Source of the DNA: a virus
DNA: 64,000 bases
Virus record (IMG/VR): IMGVR_UViG_3300042462_000689
Strand: one strand, 5' to 3'
Shown here: one piece after another, positions 1 to 8,811 of the stretch
How positions within the stretch are numbered: the stretch's first letter is position 1
Layout: each line of letters opens with the position of its first letter
Position numbers and translations under genes: made by a program
The notes under the pieces: generated by a model
The model's database searches: none
The model's input: only the letters and a program-made list of their open reading frames with translations
What the model was told of the DNA's origin: nothing

Positions 1-115
1 TTCAATTCCACACTGACCACGCGCATTACCGCCGGAGTGGCAGGCAAGCGCGGTCTTTCTGCTGGCACTACCGGCCGTAATTCCACCACCATCGCCACCG
101 ATTAACATTTTTCCA

Positions 116-1267
116 ATGGCACCAACTGAAATCAATTCCCTGTTCATCAAAGCCGCCAGCGCCGTCCTTGCCCATTGCACTGCAGCGGCTGCGGAGCACG
201 GCGTAAAAGTCGGTGAAGCGCGTGAGCTTCCCTTTGCGGATTCAATTGCCGAACGGCACCGCCTCATTTCCGTCGGCGTCAAACATGCTGGGTGGATGGA
301 CTCCCTCAAAAAGAATCTCTCCGATGGTGCAGGTTGGGTGAAGGATAAAGCCACGCAGGTGGGAAACAAGGTCATGGACTCGAAGACCTACGAAGACCCC
401 GCAGTGCTCGCCGGGCTGGGCTCTGCGGCTGCCGGCGGCATCGGCACCATGATGACCGATCGCCGCCCTGGTGAGGGATTTGGAGGCAAGACGATGCGTG
501 TCGGACGCAATGCGCTGCTCGCAGGATTGCTTGGCGGAGGCTCTGCCGCAGCGCTGAGCCACGGGGTAGACAAAATCATGAATGCGCTGCCCAAGAATGA
601 CAAATCCCCAGGATCGACACTCTTTCATAGTCCGCAAATTAGAGCATTGTTCGGACTCGGAGGCTATGGGTGGACGACACGCAAGACCCCATTCATGAAA
701 GACCCATTAAGGGATATCGTGCACATCTCGGAAAAGCTCCCCGGCATTCGCCCTGGTGCCAATGGGCTGACTCAGGGAGGTGCAACAGCTAACCCGCAAG
801 TCTTCGTGGAAGCCAAGCAAAGCATCTTGGACAATTTGAAAGACAAATTAACCGGCAAGGGTCGTGTATTCGCGAAAAGCGAAATGCAGAATCTCGCAGG
901 TGGGGCATTGGGGCATGATGAAACCCGCGGGCTGCTCGGCAAACTGCGTGGTGCTGGAATCAATTACGGAAAGACGGACTTCGGCCCATTGAAAGACTGG
1001 AGCAAATCTTTGTTCGGGCGCATGCCTGACATCTCCGGAATGAGCGGAGCTAGTGGGGGTGCTGGGGTCATCGGTGCATCTGCCCCATCACTACGTGATG
1101 CACTCAGCGCAGCCACCGAACGCGCCCGCGTTGGAGCGCGCGGCGGATTTGAACGCCTGGCCAAAGGCCGCCTGACCAAAGGCCTGGCAGCCGCTGGCGT
1201 GGGCTATTATCTTCCGGACATATTGGACAAAACCTTCGGTGGTCTTCCCACGCACGTCGCCCCGTAA
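116..1267 (+). CDS. Gly/Ala-rich hypothetical protein, probable virion (internal/ejection) protein
   Basis: 383-aa ORF directly upstream of the protease; glycine-zipper-like hydrophobic segments (GLGSAAAGGIG, LLAGLLGGGSAAAL, GLAAAGVG); N-terminal IKAAS motif. Confidence 0.55.
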   Translation: MAPTEINSLFIKAASAVLAHCTAAAAEHGVKVGEARELPFADSIAERHRLISVGVKHAGWMDSLKKNLSDGAGWVKDKATQVGNKVMDSKTYEDPAVLAGLGSAAAGGIGTMMTDRRPGEGFGGKTMRVGRNALLAGLLGGGSAAALSHGVDKIMNALPKNDKSPGSTLFHSPQIRALFGLGGYGWTTRKTPFMKDPLRDIVHISEKLPGIRPGANGLTQGGATANPQVFVEAKQSILDNLKDKLTGKGRVFAKSEMQNLAGGALGHDETRGLLGKLRGAGINYGKTDFGPLKDWSKSLFGRMPDISGMSGASGGAGVIGASAPSLRDALSAATERARVGARGGFERLAKGRLTKGLAAAGVGYYLPDILDKTFGGLPTHVAP

Positions 1268-1273
1268 TTTCAA

Positions 1274-2776
1274 ATGATCAAGACCCACCACCAAGACGAT
1301 CAGGACGCCCTCTTCAAAGCCTGCGGAGGCGTGATGTCCCGCTTTCTGGATTTCGACGCCAGGGTGAAGTCCGCCGCCTCGGAGGTGATGCCGCGCAGCC
1401 TGCTGGAACAATACCGACCGCCGAAGGGATTCTTCGCACAGCATTTGGTGGCAATGGGTGACACCGAGATCTACGGGCAGAACCGCAATGCTGACGGTTG
1501 GTCCAAGGACGCCAACACCAAATACCATCCGACGTTCGTTTCGCATGGCGCCTATTTCCGGGAGCACAACCACGCCAATCGCCGGCTGGCCATCGGCTCC
1601 GTCAAATGCGCCCGCTACAATCCGACGATGTCCCGCATCGAGTTGATCGTTCATGGGGAGATTTCCAAATGCGAGGATATCTACGAGAGCATAAAGAAGG
1701 GCAGTGCCCGCAGCGATTCAATGTCTGCGCGCGTTCCCAATGATCGCTGCAACTGCTGTGGTAATCTCGCCCCCAGTCCGACTGAGTATTGCGATCACGC
1801 CAAGAATCACATGAACCAGTGGATGCCTGAGTTCAACAAGTACGCCTTCGTCTGGAACGACCACCCGACCTTCTTCGACATCAGCGACGTCAAATACCCG
1901 GCGGACCGCACAGCGCATTACCTGCAATACATGTTCCACGGCGACGAGGGCATGAAGAAAGCCGCCAGCGCAAAGCCCCAAATCATCACCGGCACGGATT
2001 GGGCTGCGTTCTATGGACTCAATGAAAACACTGGCGGCCTGCAATTGGGATTTGAGAAGCAGGCGCAATTGCAGCGCATGGCAGAGCACGAGACCTGGCT
2101 CAATGATGCCTTCAAACACACAGACCTGCGTACCCTCTCCGGCAATCCCAAGCTGGCCTACGCCTACGAGATGGGATCCAAACTGCTCGATGGTGAATTG
2201 AGCGATGCCGAGCTGACCACCGTCCGCACCCTGCGCCCCGGCACGTTCTTCGGTGAATTGGCGAAGCGCGCGTCCATCCTTCCCTTCCGCAGTTTCCTGG
2301 CCTACACCACCAACCGTTCAATTGTCGAGGTCAGCAATGACCCCGTCGTCAAATCCGCCTGCTCATTGCTGCCAGATGTGTTCAACCGCCTGCTCAGCGA
2401 TGGCTGCGGCTGCGGTGGAATCAGCCCTGATCTATTTGAGGGCAGCACGCCCGGAGTGACCGGGGTGGATGGTGGAGTGACCGACCCGGTGGAAGGCCTG
2501 CTGGATTCCGCCGAAAAGAAATTTTCAATTGAGGAAGCCCCGGCCCGCCGGCGCATCCTGAAAATCACGATCATCAAATCCGCCAGCGAATTGCCTCAGC
2601 TGCAATTGCTCGCCGCGGTGCCAACTGAATTGAAGTCCGCCGCTGAACGCATGGCAGGTCTCTACGGTCTCTACAAGCTCGCCGCCCTCTCCGCCATCCG
2701 CACCAACCACCCCAAGGGAATTGATGCGAAGCAGGAATTGGCAGTTGCCGCCCACAATAATTTCTGCGCACAGTAA
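1274..2776 (+). CDS. Prohead (capsid maturation) protease with Cys/His zinc-finger insertion
   Basis: REHNH...IGSV, SMSARVPNDRCNCCGN...YCDH and FFDISDVKYPAD match the large-phage prohead protease pattern; position upstream of scaffold and capsid genes. Confidence 0.75.
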   Translation: MIKTHHQDDQDALFKACGGVMSRFLDFDARVKSAASEVMPRSLLEQYRPPKGFFAQHLVAMGDTEIYGQNRNADGWSKDANTKYHPTFVSHGAYFREHNHANRRLAIGSVKCARYNPTMSRIELIVHGEISKCEDIYESIKKGSARSDSMSARVPNDRCNCCGNLAPSPTEYCDHAKNHMNQWMPEFNKYAFVWNDHPTFFDISDVKYPADRTAHYLQYMFHGDEGMKKAASAKPQIITGTDWAAFYGLNENTGGLQLGFEKQAQLQRMAEHETWLNDAFKHTDLRTLSGNPKLAYAYEMGSKLLDGELSDAELTTVRTLRPGTFFGELAKRASILPFRSFLAYTTNRSIVEVSNDPVVKSACSLLPDVFNRLLSDGCGCGGISPDLFEGSTPGVTGVDGGVTDPVEGLLDSAEKKFSIEEAPARRRILKITIIKSASELPQLQLLAAVPTELKSAAERMAGLYGLYKLAALSAIRTNHPKGIDAKQELAVAAHNNFCAQ

Positions 2777-2828
2777 TCCTTCTTGCAATCAAATCCCAAA
2801 TCACTCAACATCCAATCCAATCAATCCA

Positions 2829-4016
2829 ATGAGCACCGCCATTAAATCCTACGCCGACCTCGTCAAAAACGCTTCTGCGCTTTTGCAGCCCAAATCCGCC
2901 AGCTCCCCAATGGGTGGTGGCACCAATCCGGACTCGGGTCCGACTGATGCCATTTTCTCGGAAGGCAGCGCATCGGCCCCCAAGCAGGACGGCGATGACA
3001 AAAAGAAGCTGATGCTCCCGAGGGATGGCGAGCAGGGCAAAGCGCCGACGGACATTGCGACCAAAGACACCAAGCCTTCGTCGGTTGGCGAGAACGTGCC
3101 TTCGACAACCACACAGCCCGCAATTGACCCGAACCCCGATTTCAATACGAAGAAGCTCGCCGGCAAAGCCGCGGAACTCGCAAAGCGTGCAGCGGCCCTC
3201 ATGAACAAAACCGCAGCGGCCTCCGCAGCCGCCGCTCCGGCCGCCAAGGTCGCCGGCAGTTCCGTGGACAACCTCATCAATCCCCGCGACCCGCAATTCC
3301 ATTTCAAGCTCGCCAGCTTCGTGCTGGAGAATGAGGAAGTGCTCGCCGGTGTGCAGGAAGCCATGGAGCGCAAGCTCGGCGCGGATGAGGCCCTCGGCGC
3401 TATCAAGAACGCCTACGTCGCCCATGCGCAATTCATCGAAGCTGCCGGTCAGCAGGACCAGTGGGAAAAGCAGGCCGCTTACGAGAATGCAATGATCAAG
3501 CAGGCATTTGACCAGCTCTCGCCCGCCGACCAGAAGCAGGCCATCAAATTCGCCAATGCCCATGAGGCGGCGCGCAATGGTCTCAATCCCGAATTGAACG
3601 ACGCCTACAACCAGGGCATCCTCGATGCGGATTTCATTCTCAGCCGCACGACCAAATCGGCCGCCGGTATGCCGCCGGAAGCTGGTATGCCGCCGGAAGC
3701 GGCAGGCCCCGAGGCAATCCCGACCGAGGAATTCCCCGGCGCAGCGGAGCCCGAGGCGCAGGCATCTCCTGAGGAGATCATCGCCGTCCTCGAACAGCTC
3801 GTCCAGGAAGGCAAGATTCCGCTGGAAGAGGCGCAGCAGGTCGTCGAGGCCCTCATGGGCGGTGCTGGTGGCGGTGAAGGCGGCACGCCTCCGCTGGATG
3901 CCGGCGCAGGCGCTGGTGGTCCTCCTCCGACCGAAGGCGACGCTGAAGAGGCCATGGAACCCGAAGGCGAAGAGATCGCCAAAAAGGCCGCAGCCCTCCT
4001 CGGAATCAAACGCTAA
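2829..4016 (+). CDS. Scaffold/prohead core protein
   Basis: Acidic, Ala/Pro/Gly-rich low-complexity protein between protease and capsid; start placed at MSTAIKSY (ATG 2829) inside ORF 2721..4016; many K-x-A motifs. Confidence 0.6.
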   Translation: MSTAIKSYADLVKNASALLQPKSASSPMGGGTNPDSGPTDAIFSEGSASAPKQDGDDKKKLMLPRDGEQGKAPTDIATKDTKPSSVGENVPSTTTQPAIDPNPDFNTKKLAGKAAELAKRAAALMNKTAAASAAAAPAAKVAGSSVDNLINPRDPQFHFKLASFVLENEEVLAGVQEAMERKLGADEALGAIKNAYVAHAQFIEAAGQQDQWEKQAAYENAMIKQAFDQLSPADQKQAIKFANAHEAARNGLNPELNDAYNQGILDADFILSRTTKSAAGMPPEAGMPPEAAGPEAIPTEEFPGAAEPEAQASPEEIIAVLEQLVQEGKIPLEEAQQVVEALMGGAGGGEGGTPPLDAGAGAGGPPPTEGDAEEAMEPEGEEIAKKAAALLGIKR

Positions 4017-4037
4017 TCCTTTCCATTCACAATCACC

Positions 4038-4559
4038 ATGTCCGACCCGAATACCCAACTACCAGACGAGGAAGTCCGCAACATCGTGGATGAATCCCTC
4101 GGGCAGGTTGCCGAGGTGCTTGGTATGGTGAAAGCCGCCGAGGCCCGCATTGCCGCACAGGACCAGGAATTGACTGGCGTGCGCAATGAATTGTCCGGCG
4201 TCCGCGCCAAGCTGGCGGAAGCCAATGGTCGCGTCATTGAATTGGAGAAGGTGCGGCTGGAGAAGATCGCCAGCGCAAACAATGCGCCGCGGAATGTCTT
4301 CTCGGAGAATGCCATCATCGAAACCGTGGCGGCATTGCAATCCGCCAATCTCTGCTCGCCCGACTTCGCCGTGAAGATGGCAGGCAGCCTCCGTTCCGAT
4401 CCCTCTTACGCCCTCGATGTGCTCCAGCACCTCTCGGCAAATCTTTCGACGAATGCCCCGACAGCGGGACGTTCGGTGAAACGCGCATCCGCGCTGCCCG
4501 TCAATGCCCAGGCCTCCGACAAAGAGGACTGGTCTGAGATGGTCCGCAAAGGTGCGTGA
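4038..4559 (+). CDS. Coiled-coil scaffold-like head protein
   Basis: 173-aa ORF with heptad-like AEARIAAQDQELTGVRNELSGVRAKLAE segment in the head module. Confidence 0.55.
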   Translation: MSDPNTQLPDEEVRNIVDESLGQVAEVLGMVKAAEARIAAQDQELTGVRNELSGVRAKLAEANGRVIELEKVRLEKIASANNAPRNVFSENAIIETVAALQSANLCSPDFAVKMAGSLRSDPSYALDVLQHLSANLSTNAPTAGRSVKRASALPVNAQASDKEDWSEMVRKGA

Positions 4560-4599
4560 GCAGTAAACACAAAACCTAAAACAAGAAGCACAAAACATT

Positions 4600-5154
4600 A
4601 TGGGCCAAACAGTACCCGCCTATGGCATCGTTCAGAGCGCGAAACCGCACATGAAGATGCTGCGTGGTTGGAACCCGCTCAATCCGGGCCTCAACCGCAA
4701 CAAATCGCTTCCCACCAATGGGCTAACCATCGCGTCTGGTCAGGTGATCAGCGTCAATATCGTGAGCAGCGCAGAAGTCTGGCAGATCGGGGTCTCGTCC
4801 TCGACCCAGATCCCCTTCTTCGCCTATCAGGATTCTGACGATTTCGATGTCGTCGCATCTGGTGGTCTGACCGGCGTCTCCACGCTCGATCAGAACGAAC
4901 TGCAGACCGCGTTCTTCAAAGCCAGCCCCGACACGGTCGCCTACTCCCACGGAGTGCGCCTCAAGGCCGACGGCACCACGGGAGACGTCACCACGGCCCT
5001 CACCACGGATCGCGCCACCCTCGGGTATCTTTCCCGCGGCACCGGCCCTGTGGACATCGCAGCCTCCAATCCTGGCGTCACGCCGGATGGAAGCGGCCAG
5101 GTCCTCGTGCTGACCATCGCCACCAACTTCGAAACCAACGGGGCCTCCGCCTAG
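4600..5154 (+). CDS. Capsid decoration/cement protein
   Basis: 184-aa beta-rich ORF immediately upstream of the major capsid gene (gpD-like position). Confidence 0.55.
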   Translation: MGQTVPAYGIVQSAKPHMKMLRGWNPLNPGLNRNKSLPTNGLTIASGQVISVNIVSSAEVWQIGVSSSTQIPFFAYQDSDDFDVVASGGLTGVSTLDQNELQTAFFKASPDTVAYSHGVRLKADGTTGDVTTALTTDRATLGYLSRGTGPVDIAASNPGVTPDGSGQVLVLTIATNFETNGASA

Positions 5155-5178
5155 TCTTTTTAAGGAAAACATATCACA

Positions 5179-6129
5179 ATGAATATCAATCAAGACCAGA
5201 TTCAGGAACCCGAAGTTCTCAACGAGGAACTCGTCGATGCCATCGTCCGCGCGCCCGAAGGGCAGCTCAAGACGGCGTCCGACCTTTCTTCGCGCCTCAT
5301 CCGCCGCAAGCTCCGTGAAAACGGAATCCAGCGCCGCGTGCTTCCGTTCGAGGACGTCAATCAGAGCAATCTGAGCGACAGCCTCTACGCGGACAGCAAG
5401 CCCTGGATCATCGAAGAGATGGAAGGTGACATCCTCGGCTCGTCCGCGGTGAACTTCGACGACACCGGTGATACTGAATTCTTCCGCGGGGAAAAATTCG
5501 CTGTCATCTTCTACGTCGTCCAGACCAACGAGTTCCAAAAGAACACGTTCGAGCTGATGAACTACAAGACTGACATTCGTGAGATCACCACGGCCAATGC
5601 GCTGAAGGAGATCCACACGAAGGAAGACAGCAAGTTCTTCGGCACTGTGGACCAGATCGTCGGCAGCCCCTCGGGCGTCGGCGCGTCGGGTCTCCAGCAG
5701 AACTTCGAGCGTCTCGGCCGTATCAGCCGCGAACTCTACGTGGACAACATCTCCGAATTGGAGAATATGTCGCTCAATAATGGCTGTTGGGTCACCAATA
5801 GATTTTCGTCCAGACAATTCCTGAAATGGCGTCGTGACGAAGCCGGTGGTGACCTCTCGGAGAAGTTTGTCCTCAAGGGCCTCGAAGCGCTCGAAGAGTA
5901 CAGCATTTGGAACATCCCGCACATCGCGACGATCAAGAGCACGATCGTTCCCGACTACGTGGTGTACAAGTTCGCCGAGCCGGGCTACCTGGGCCGTGCA
6001 TATCGTCTGCAGGATATCACGACCTACGTGAAGAAGGAGAAGCACATCCTCACGATGCAAGCGATGGAGGTCATCGGCCTTACGATCGCAAACGTGAAGG
6101 GCGTGAGCAAGTCCACTCACGTTCTGTAG
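5179..6129 (+). CDS. Major capsid protein (HK97 fold)
   Basis: IRRKLRENGIQRRVLP and KEIHTKEDSKFF resemble capsid proteins of large myoviruses; very high codon bias; followed by a strong terminator. Confidence 0.8.
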   Translation: MNINQDQIQEPEVLNEELVDAIVRAPEGQLKTASDLSSRLIRRKLRENGIQRRVLPFEDVNQSNLSDSLYADSKPWIIEEMEGDILGSSAVNFDDTGDTEFFRGEKFAVIFYVVQTNEFQKNTFELMNYKTDIREITTANALKEIHTKEDSKFFGTVDQIVGSPSGVGASGLQQNFERLGRISRELYVDNISELENMSLNNGCWVTNRFSSRQFLKWRRDEAGGDLSEKFVLKGLEALEEYSIWNIPHIATIKSTIVPDYVVYKFAEPGYLGRAYRLQDITTYVKKEKHILTMQAMEVIGLTIANVKGVSKSTHVL

Positions 6130-6152
6130 CAGAAGCGCAGAAAATAATTCAC

Positions 6153-6193
6153 AAACCGCCGGTTCTCGAAAGGGAGCCGGCGGTTTTGTTTTT
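6153..6193 (+). terminator. Rho-independent terminator after capsid gene
   Basis: AAACCGCCGGTTCTC-GAAA-GGGAGCCGGCGGTTT stem with GNRA loop, then T-tract. Confidence 0.85.
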
Positions 6194-6235
6194 GCCCAGC
6201 ATTGTCTTTTCTCCCGAACCAATTACACTCACCCC

Positions 6236-6562
6236 ATGAATCAATTCCCAGTGACCTGCTCAAATGCCTACATGGAAGGCTTCATCAAAACCTGCGCTGA
6301 TTTGAATCTCGACGCCGACGCCTCCGCGACACTGCTGCAAACCAGGCAGCGGGAGGAGCTGTTTGCGGAATCTCCTGCTTATCGGGATGGATTCAAATCG
6401 GCGATGAACGGTGGTGTCAGTTTCAAGGTGCCGACGACAACGAAGACTTCCGCGGTCAAATTTATGGACCGTCTGTTTTCCCACACGGAATCCAACAACC
6501 GAAGGGAGATTGATTCCGCCGCTTCCATGTTGGCGCAATTGCAGTTTCCGTCCGCTGCCTAA
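6236..6562 (+). CDS. Hypothetical head-associated protein
   Basis: 108-aa ORF; YMEGFIKTCA and YRDGFKSAM internal repeat-like motifs. Confidence 0.55.
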   Translation: MNQFPVTCSNAYMEGFIKTCADLNLDADASATLLQTRQREELFAESPAYRDGFKSAMNGGVSFKVPTTTKTSAVKFMDRLFSHTESNNRREIDSAASMLAQLQFPSAA

Positions 6563-6567
6563 GTCAC

Positions 6568-7296
6568 ATGGCCTCGCAAACCGGCACCGTCAGCCTTGCC
6601 ATCGCGGAGACCACCGGGTCCGTGACTTTCCCGCTGTCGTTTGTGGCGCTGCCGGTAATTGATTCGCCCAGCATACAAAACACATCGGCTGATAATCCGA
6701 AGCTGATCCTGTTCTGCCTCATCACAGGGATCACACTGAGCGGGTTCACGTATCAACTCAGCGCGCCTCCCGACACTGCCAATTACAAGCTGGCGTATGA
6801 GGCCGAAGGACCAGTCGATCTACCGGCGACGCCATCGGTAACGACCAGCACGCCAGAGGCGGTCTCCTGCTCCTCCTGCTACATCACCGAGCAGGAGGTG
6901 CGCGAATACGTGGAGGATTACGACACCGAGCAGGGCATGCTCGGGAAGGTGGACTACGACTTCGCACCCAAGGCCATCCTCTCCGCCATGCAGGCATGCG
7001 CCCGCGAATACAACGGACTCCCTCCGCGGATCAGCAATGTGCGCCCCACTGCGCTGCCAAAGAATTCCAACCTGTTCTTCGACGGCATTGCCTATTTCCT
7101 CTACCTGCGCGCGCTGCAGCACGAAAAGCGGCATGATGTGCCTTACAAGGCCGGCAGCGTTGAAGTGGATATCGCAGCCCGGCGGATTGCGCATTACGAG
7201 GGAGCCATCAAAATGTTCAACGAGCGCTTTTTCGGTGTCGCAAAACAGCACAAGCGCCTTGCCAATTACACACTGATGTCCGGGCGGGTTGGGTAA
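6568..7296 (+). CDS. Head-tail adaptor with extra N-terminal beta domain
   Basis: Helical C-terminal ~140 aa (ITEQEVREYVED...YKAGSVEVDI) typical of adaptor proteins; position after capsid. Confidence 0.55.
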   Translation: MASQTGTVSLAIAETTGSVTFPLSFVALPVIDSPSIQNTSADNPKLILFCLITGITLSGFTYQLSAPPDTANYKLAYEAEGPVDLPATPSVTTSTPEAVSCSSCYITEQEVREYVEDYDTEQGMLGKVDYDFAPKAILSAMQACAREYNGLPPRISNVRPTALPKNSNLFFDGIAYFLYLRALQHEKRHDVPYKAGSVEVDIAARRIAHYEGAIKMFNERFFGVAKQHKRLANYTLMSGRVG

Positions 7297-7302
7297 TTCA
7301 CC

Positions 7303-8130
7303 ATGCAGTTCAATGCCGTCAGCATCCAACCCGGTTACGGACGCCACACCTGCGCCATCACCTGGAATGTCCCGGCGGCGGCTCAGCGCGGGCAGGTGTA
7401 CATCTACCGGTCCATCTCGGGCCTGCCTCCGTGGCAATTGATTCGTGACGCGGGAACGCCGGCTTCCGTGGGATATTATGTGGATCGCGGGGAGTTCATC
7501 CTCAATACGAATCTGGGAGCCATTCATTACCGGCTGCTGCTGGAATTGGCGGATGGTCAGCAATTTGATTCACCCATCATCAGCCTAAATATAACCATCA
7601 CCCCAAAGGAGCAAATCATTGTCCGCGACATCATGATGGCGGAATTGCGAAATATGCGCGGAGGTAACGGCGAACCAGTATTCATCTTTGCTCCGCTGAC
7701 GCATGGCCTGCCTGCCCCTGGATTTGATTTCGAGACCTACCAGATGCGCAGCACCGGCATGCAGGTGCCAGGAAAGGAAAGCTACGGAGAGGCCTTTGTG
7801 GGCGGCTTCGGCGCACCGGCCGTCACCTGGGTGATGCGCATGGGCAGCATGGTCACGGGTTTCGTCAAAGATCCGGACGGCGGCGGCACCTCGGACACGC
7901 AGCAGGTAAACGGCAGGATGCTCGCCTTTCCGCGACCGATGCCAAACTACATGGTCGTATTCCCGCGGATGGATGAGCGTTTTGTAATTGGTGAAGTCAT
8001 TCAACCATTCCTGTTTCGCAGCATCCTCCCAATTGGCTACGAGGTCACATTGAACCCCATCCAGAAAAACGATGATCGCTACCTGGTCCCGCTGCCCGAG
8101 ATGCCGCCGAGGATGTATCAACCGCTCTGA
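7303..8130 (+). CDS. Neck/head-closure protein
   Basis: Position between adaptor and tail terminator; beta-rich; N-terminal Ig/Fn3-like segment (YRSISG...YVD...YRLLL). Confidence 0.5.
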   Translation: MQFNAVSIQPGYGRHTCAITWNVPAAAQRGQVYIYRSISGLPPWQLIRDAGTPASVGYYVDRGEFILNTNLGAIHYRLLLELADGQQFDSPIISLNITITPKEQIIVRDIMMAELRNMRGGNGEPVFIFAPLTHGLPAPGFDFETYQMRSTGMQVPGKESYGEAFVGGFGAPAVTWVMRMGSMVTGFVKDPDGGGTSDTQQVNGRMLAFPRPMPNYMVVFPRMDERFVIGEVIQPFLFRSILPIGYEVTLNPIQKNDDRYLVPLPEMPPRMYQPL

Positions 8131-8133
8131 CCT

Positions 8134-8793
8134 ATGCTTACCGAACTCGAAGAATGGGAAGTGCTCGCCGGACAGCCGTTGACCGCGGTAAATCTGAGGC
8201 GCATGTTCCTGCTCCTCACGCAGCTGCATTATTCCCACCCGGCCAACTTCGGATTGCTGGAAGAGGATTTGAAGGACTGCCTTTGGGCTCCCAAGGCCGA
8301 TGATCGCAAACTGCATATCGGTCTGCATTTTAATTACGACCCGAAGGATGTCGCCGGTAAATTGCCGGCAATCCACTACGGACTGGGCAGCACGGATTTT
8401 CAGCAGACGGTGGTGAACGACCATGCCGGCTTCAACGAGGACTACTCGGGCGAGAATTCCATTTGCACCGCCAGTGCCCCTTTGATTTGGGCCCATTGCG
8501 CACGTACCGCGGATTTGGCCGCCAATCTCGCCGAGACCACGCTTTCATTTTTCACCGGCATCCGCTCTATGCTGATGCACCGTCTGCAATTGCAATTCTT
8601 CCACATCGCGGATTTGGCCGAGCCCCATTTGGAAAAAGTGGAAGGCGGACAAATGTTCTATCGCGTGGACTTGAAGGGGACGATCATTTACAGTCATGCG
8701 ATGACCGTTCTCACCCACAGCCACCGACTCAAGAAGGTGGATCAATCTGCCACCATCGAAGCCGACGGTATTGACCTTTCGTCCGCAACCTAG
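8134..8793 (+). CDS. Tail terminator/completion protein
   Basis: 219-aa ORF directly upstream of sheath; alpha/beta pattern. Confidence 0.5.
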   Translation: MLTELEEWEVLAGQPLTAVNLRRMFLLLTQLHYSHPANFGLLEEDLKDCLWAPKADDRKLHIGLHFNYDPKDVAGKLPAIHYGLGSTDFQQTVVNDHAGFNEDYSGENSICTASAPLIWAHCARTADLAANLAETTLSFFTGIRSMLMHRLQLQFFHIADLAEPHLEKVEGGQMFYRVDLKGTIIYSHAMTVLTHSHRLKKVDQSATIEADGIDLSSAT

Positions 8794-8811
8794 CATTATC
8801 ACTCCACTCCA

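Noticed and set aside
4723-6222. Long antisense ORFs (also 2805..4058, 9595..11118, 20957..21739, 59560..60675)
   Set aside because: Shadow frames opposite strongly GC3-biased genes; no motifs or start context
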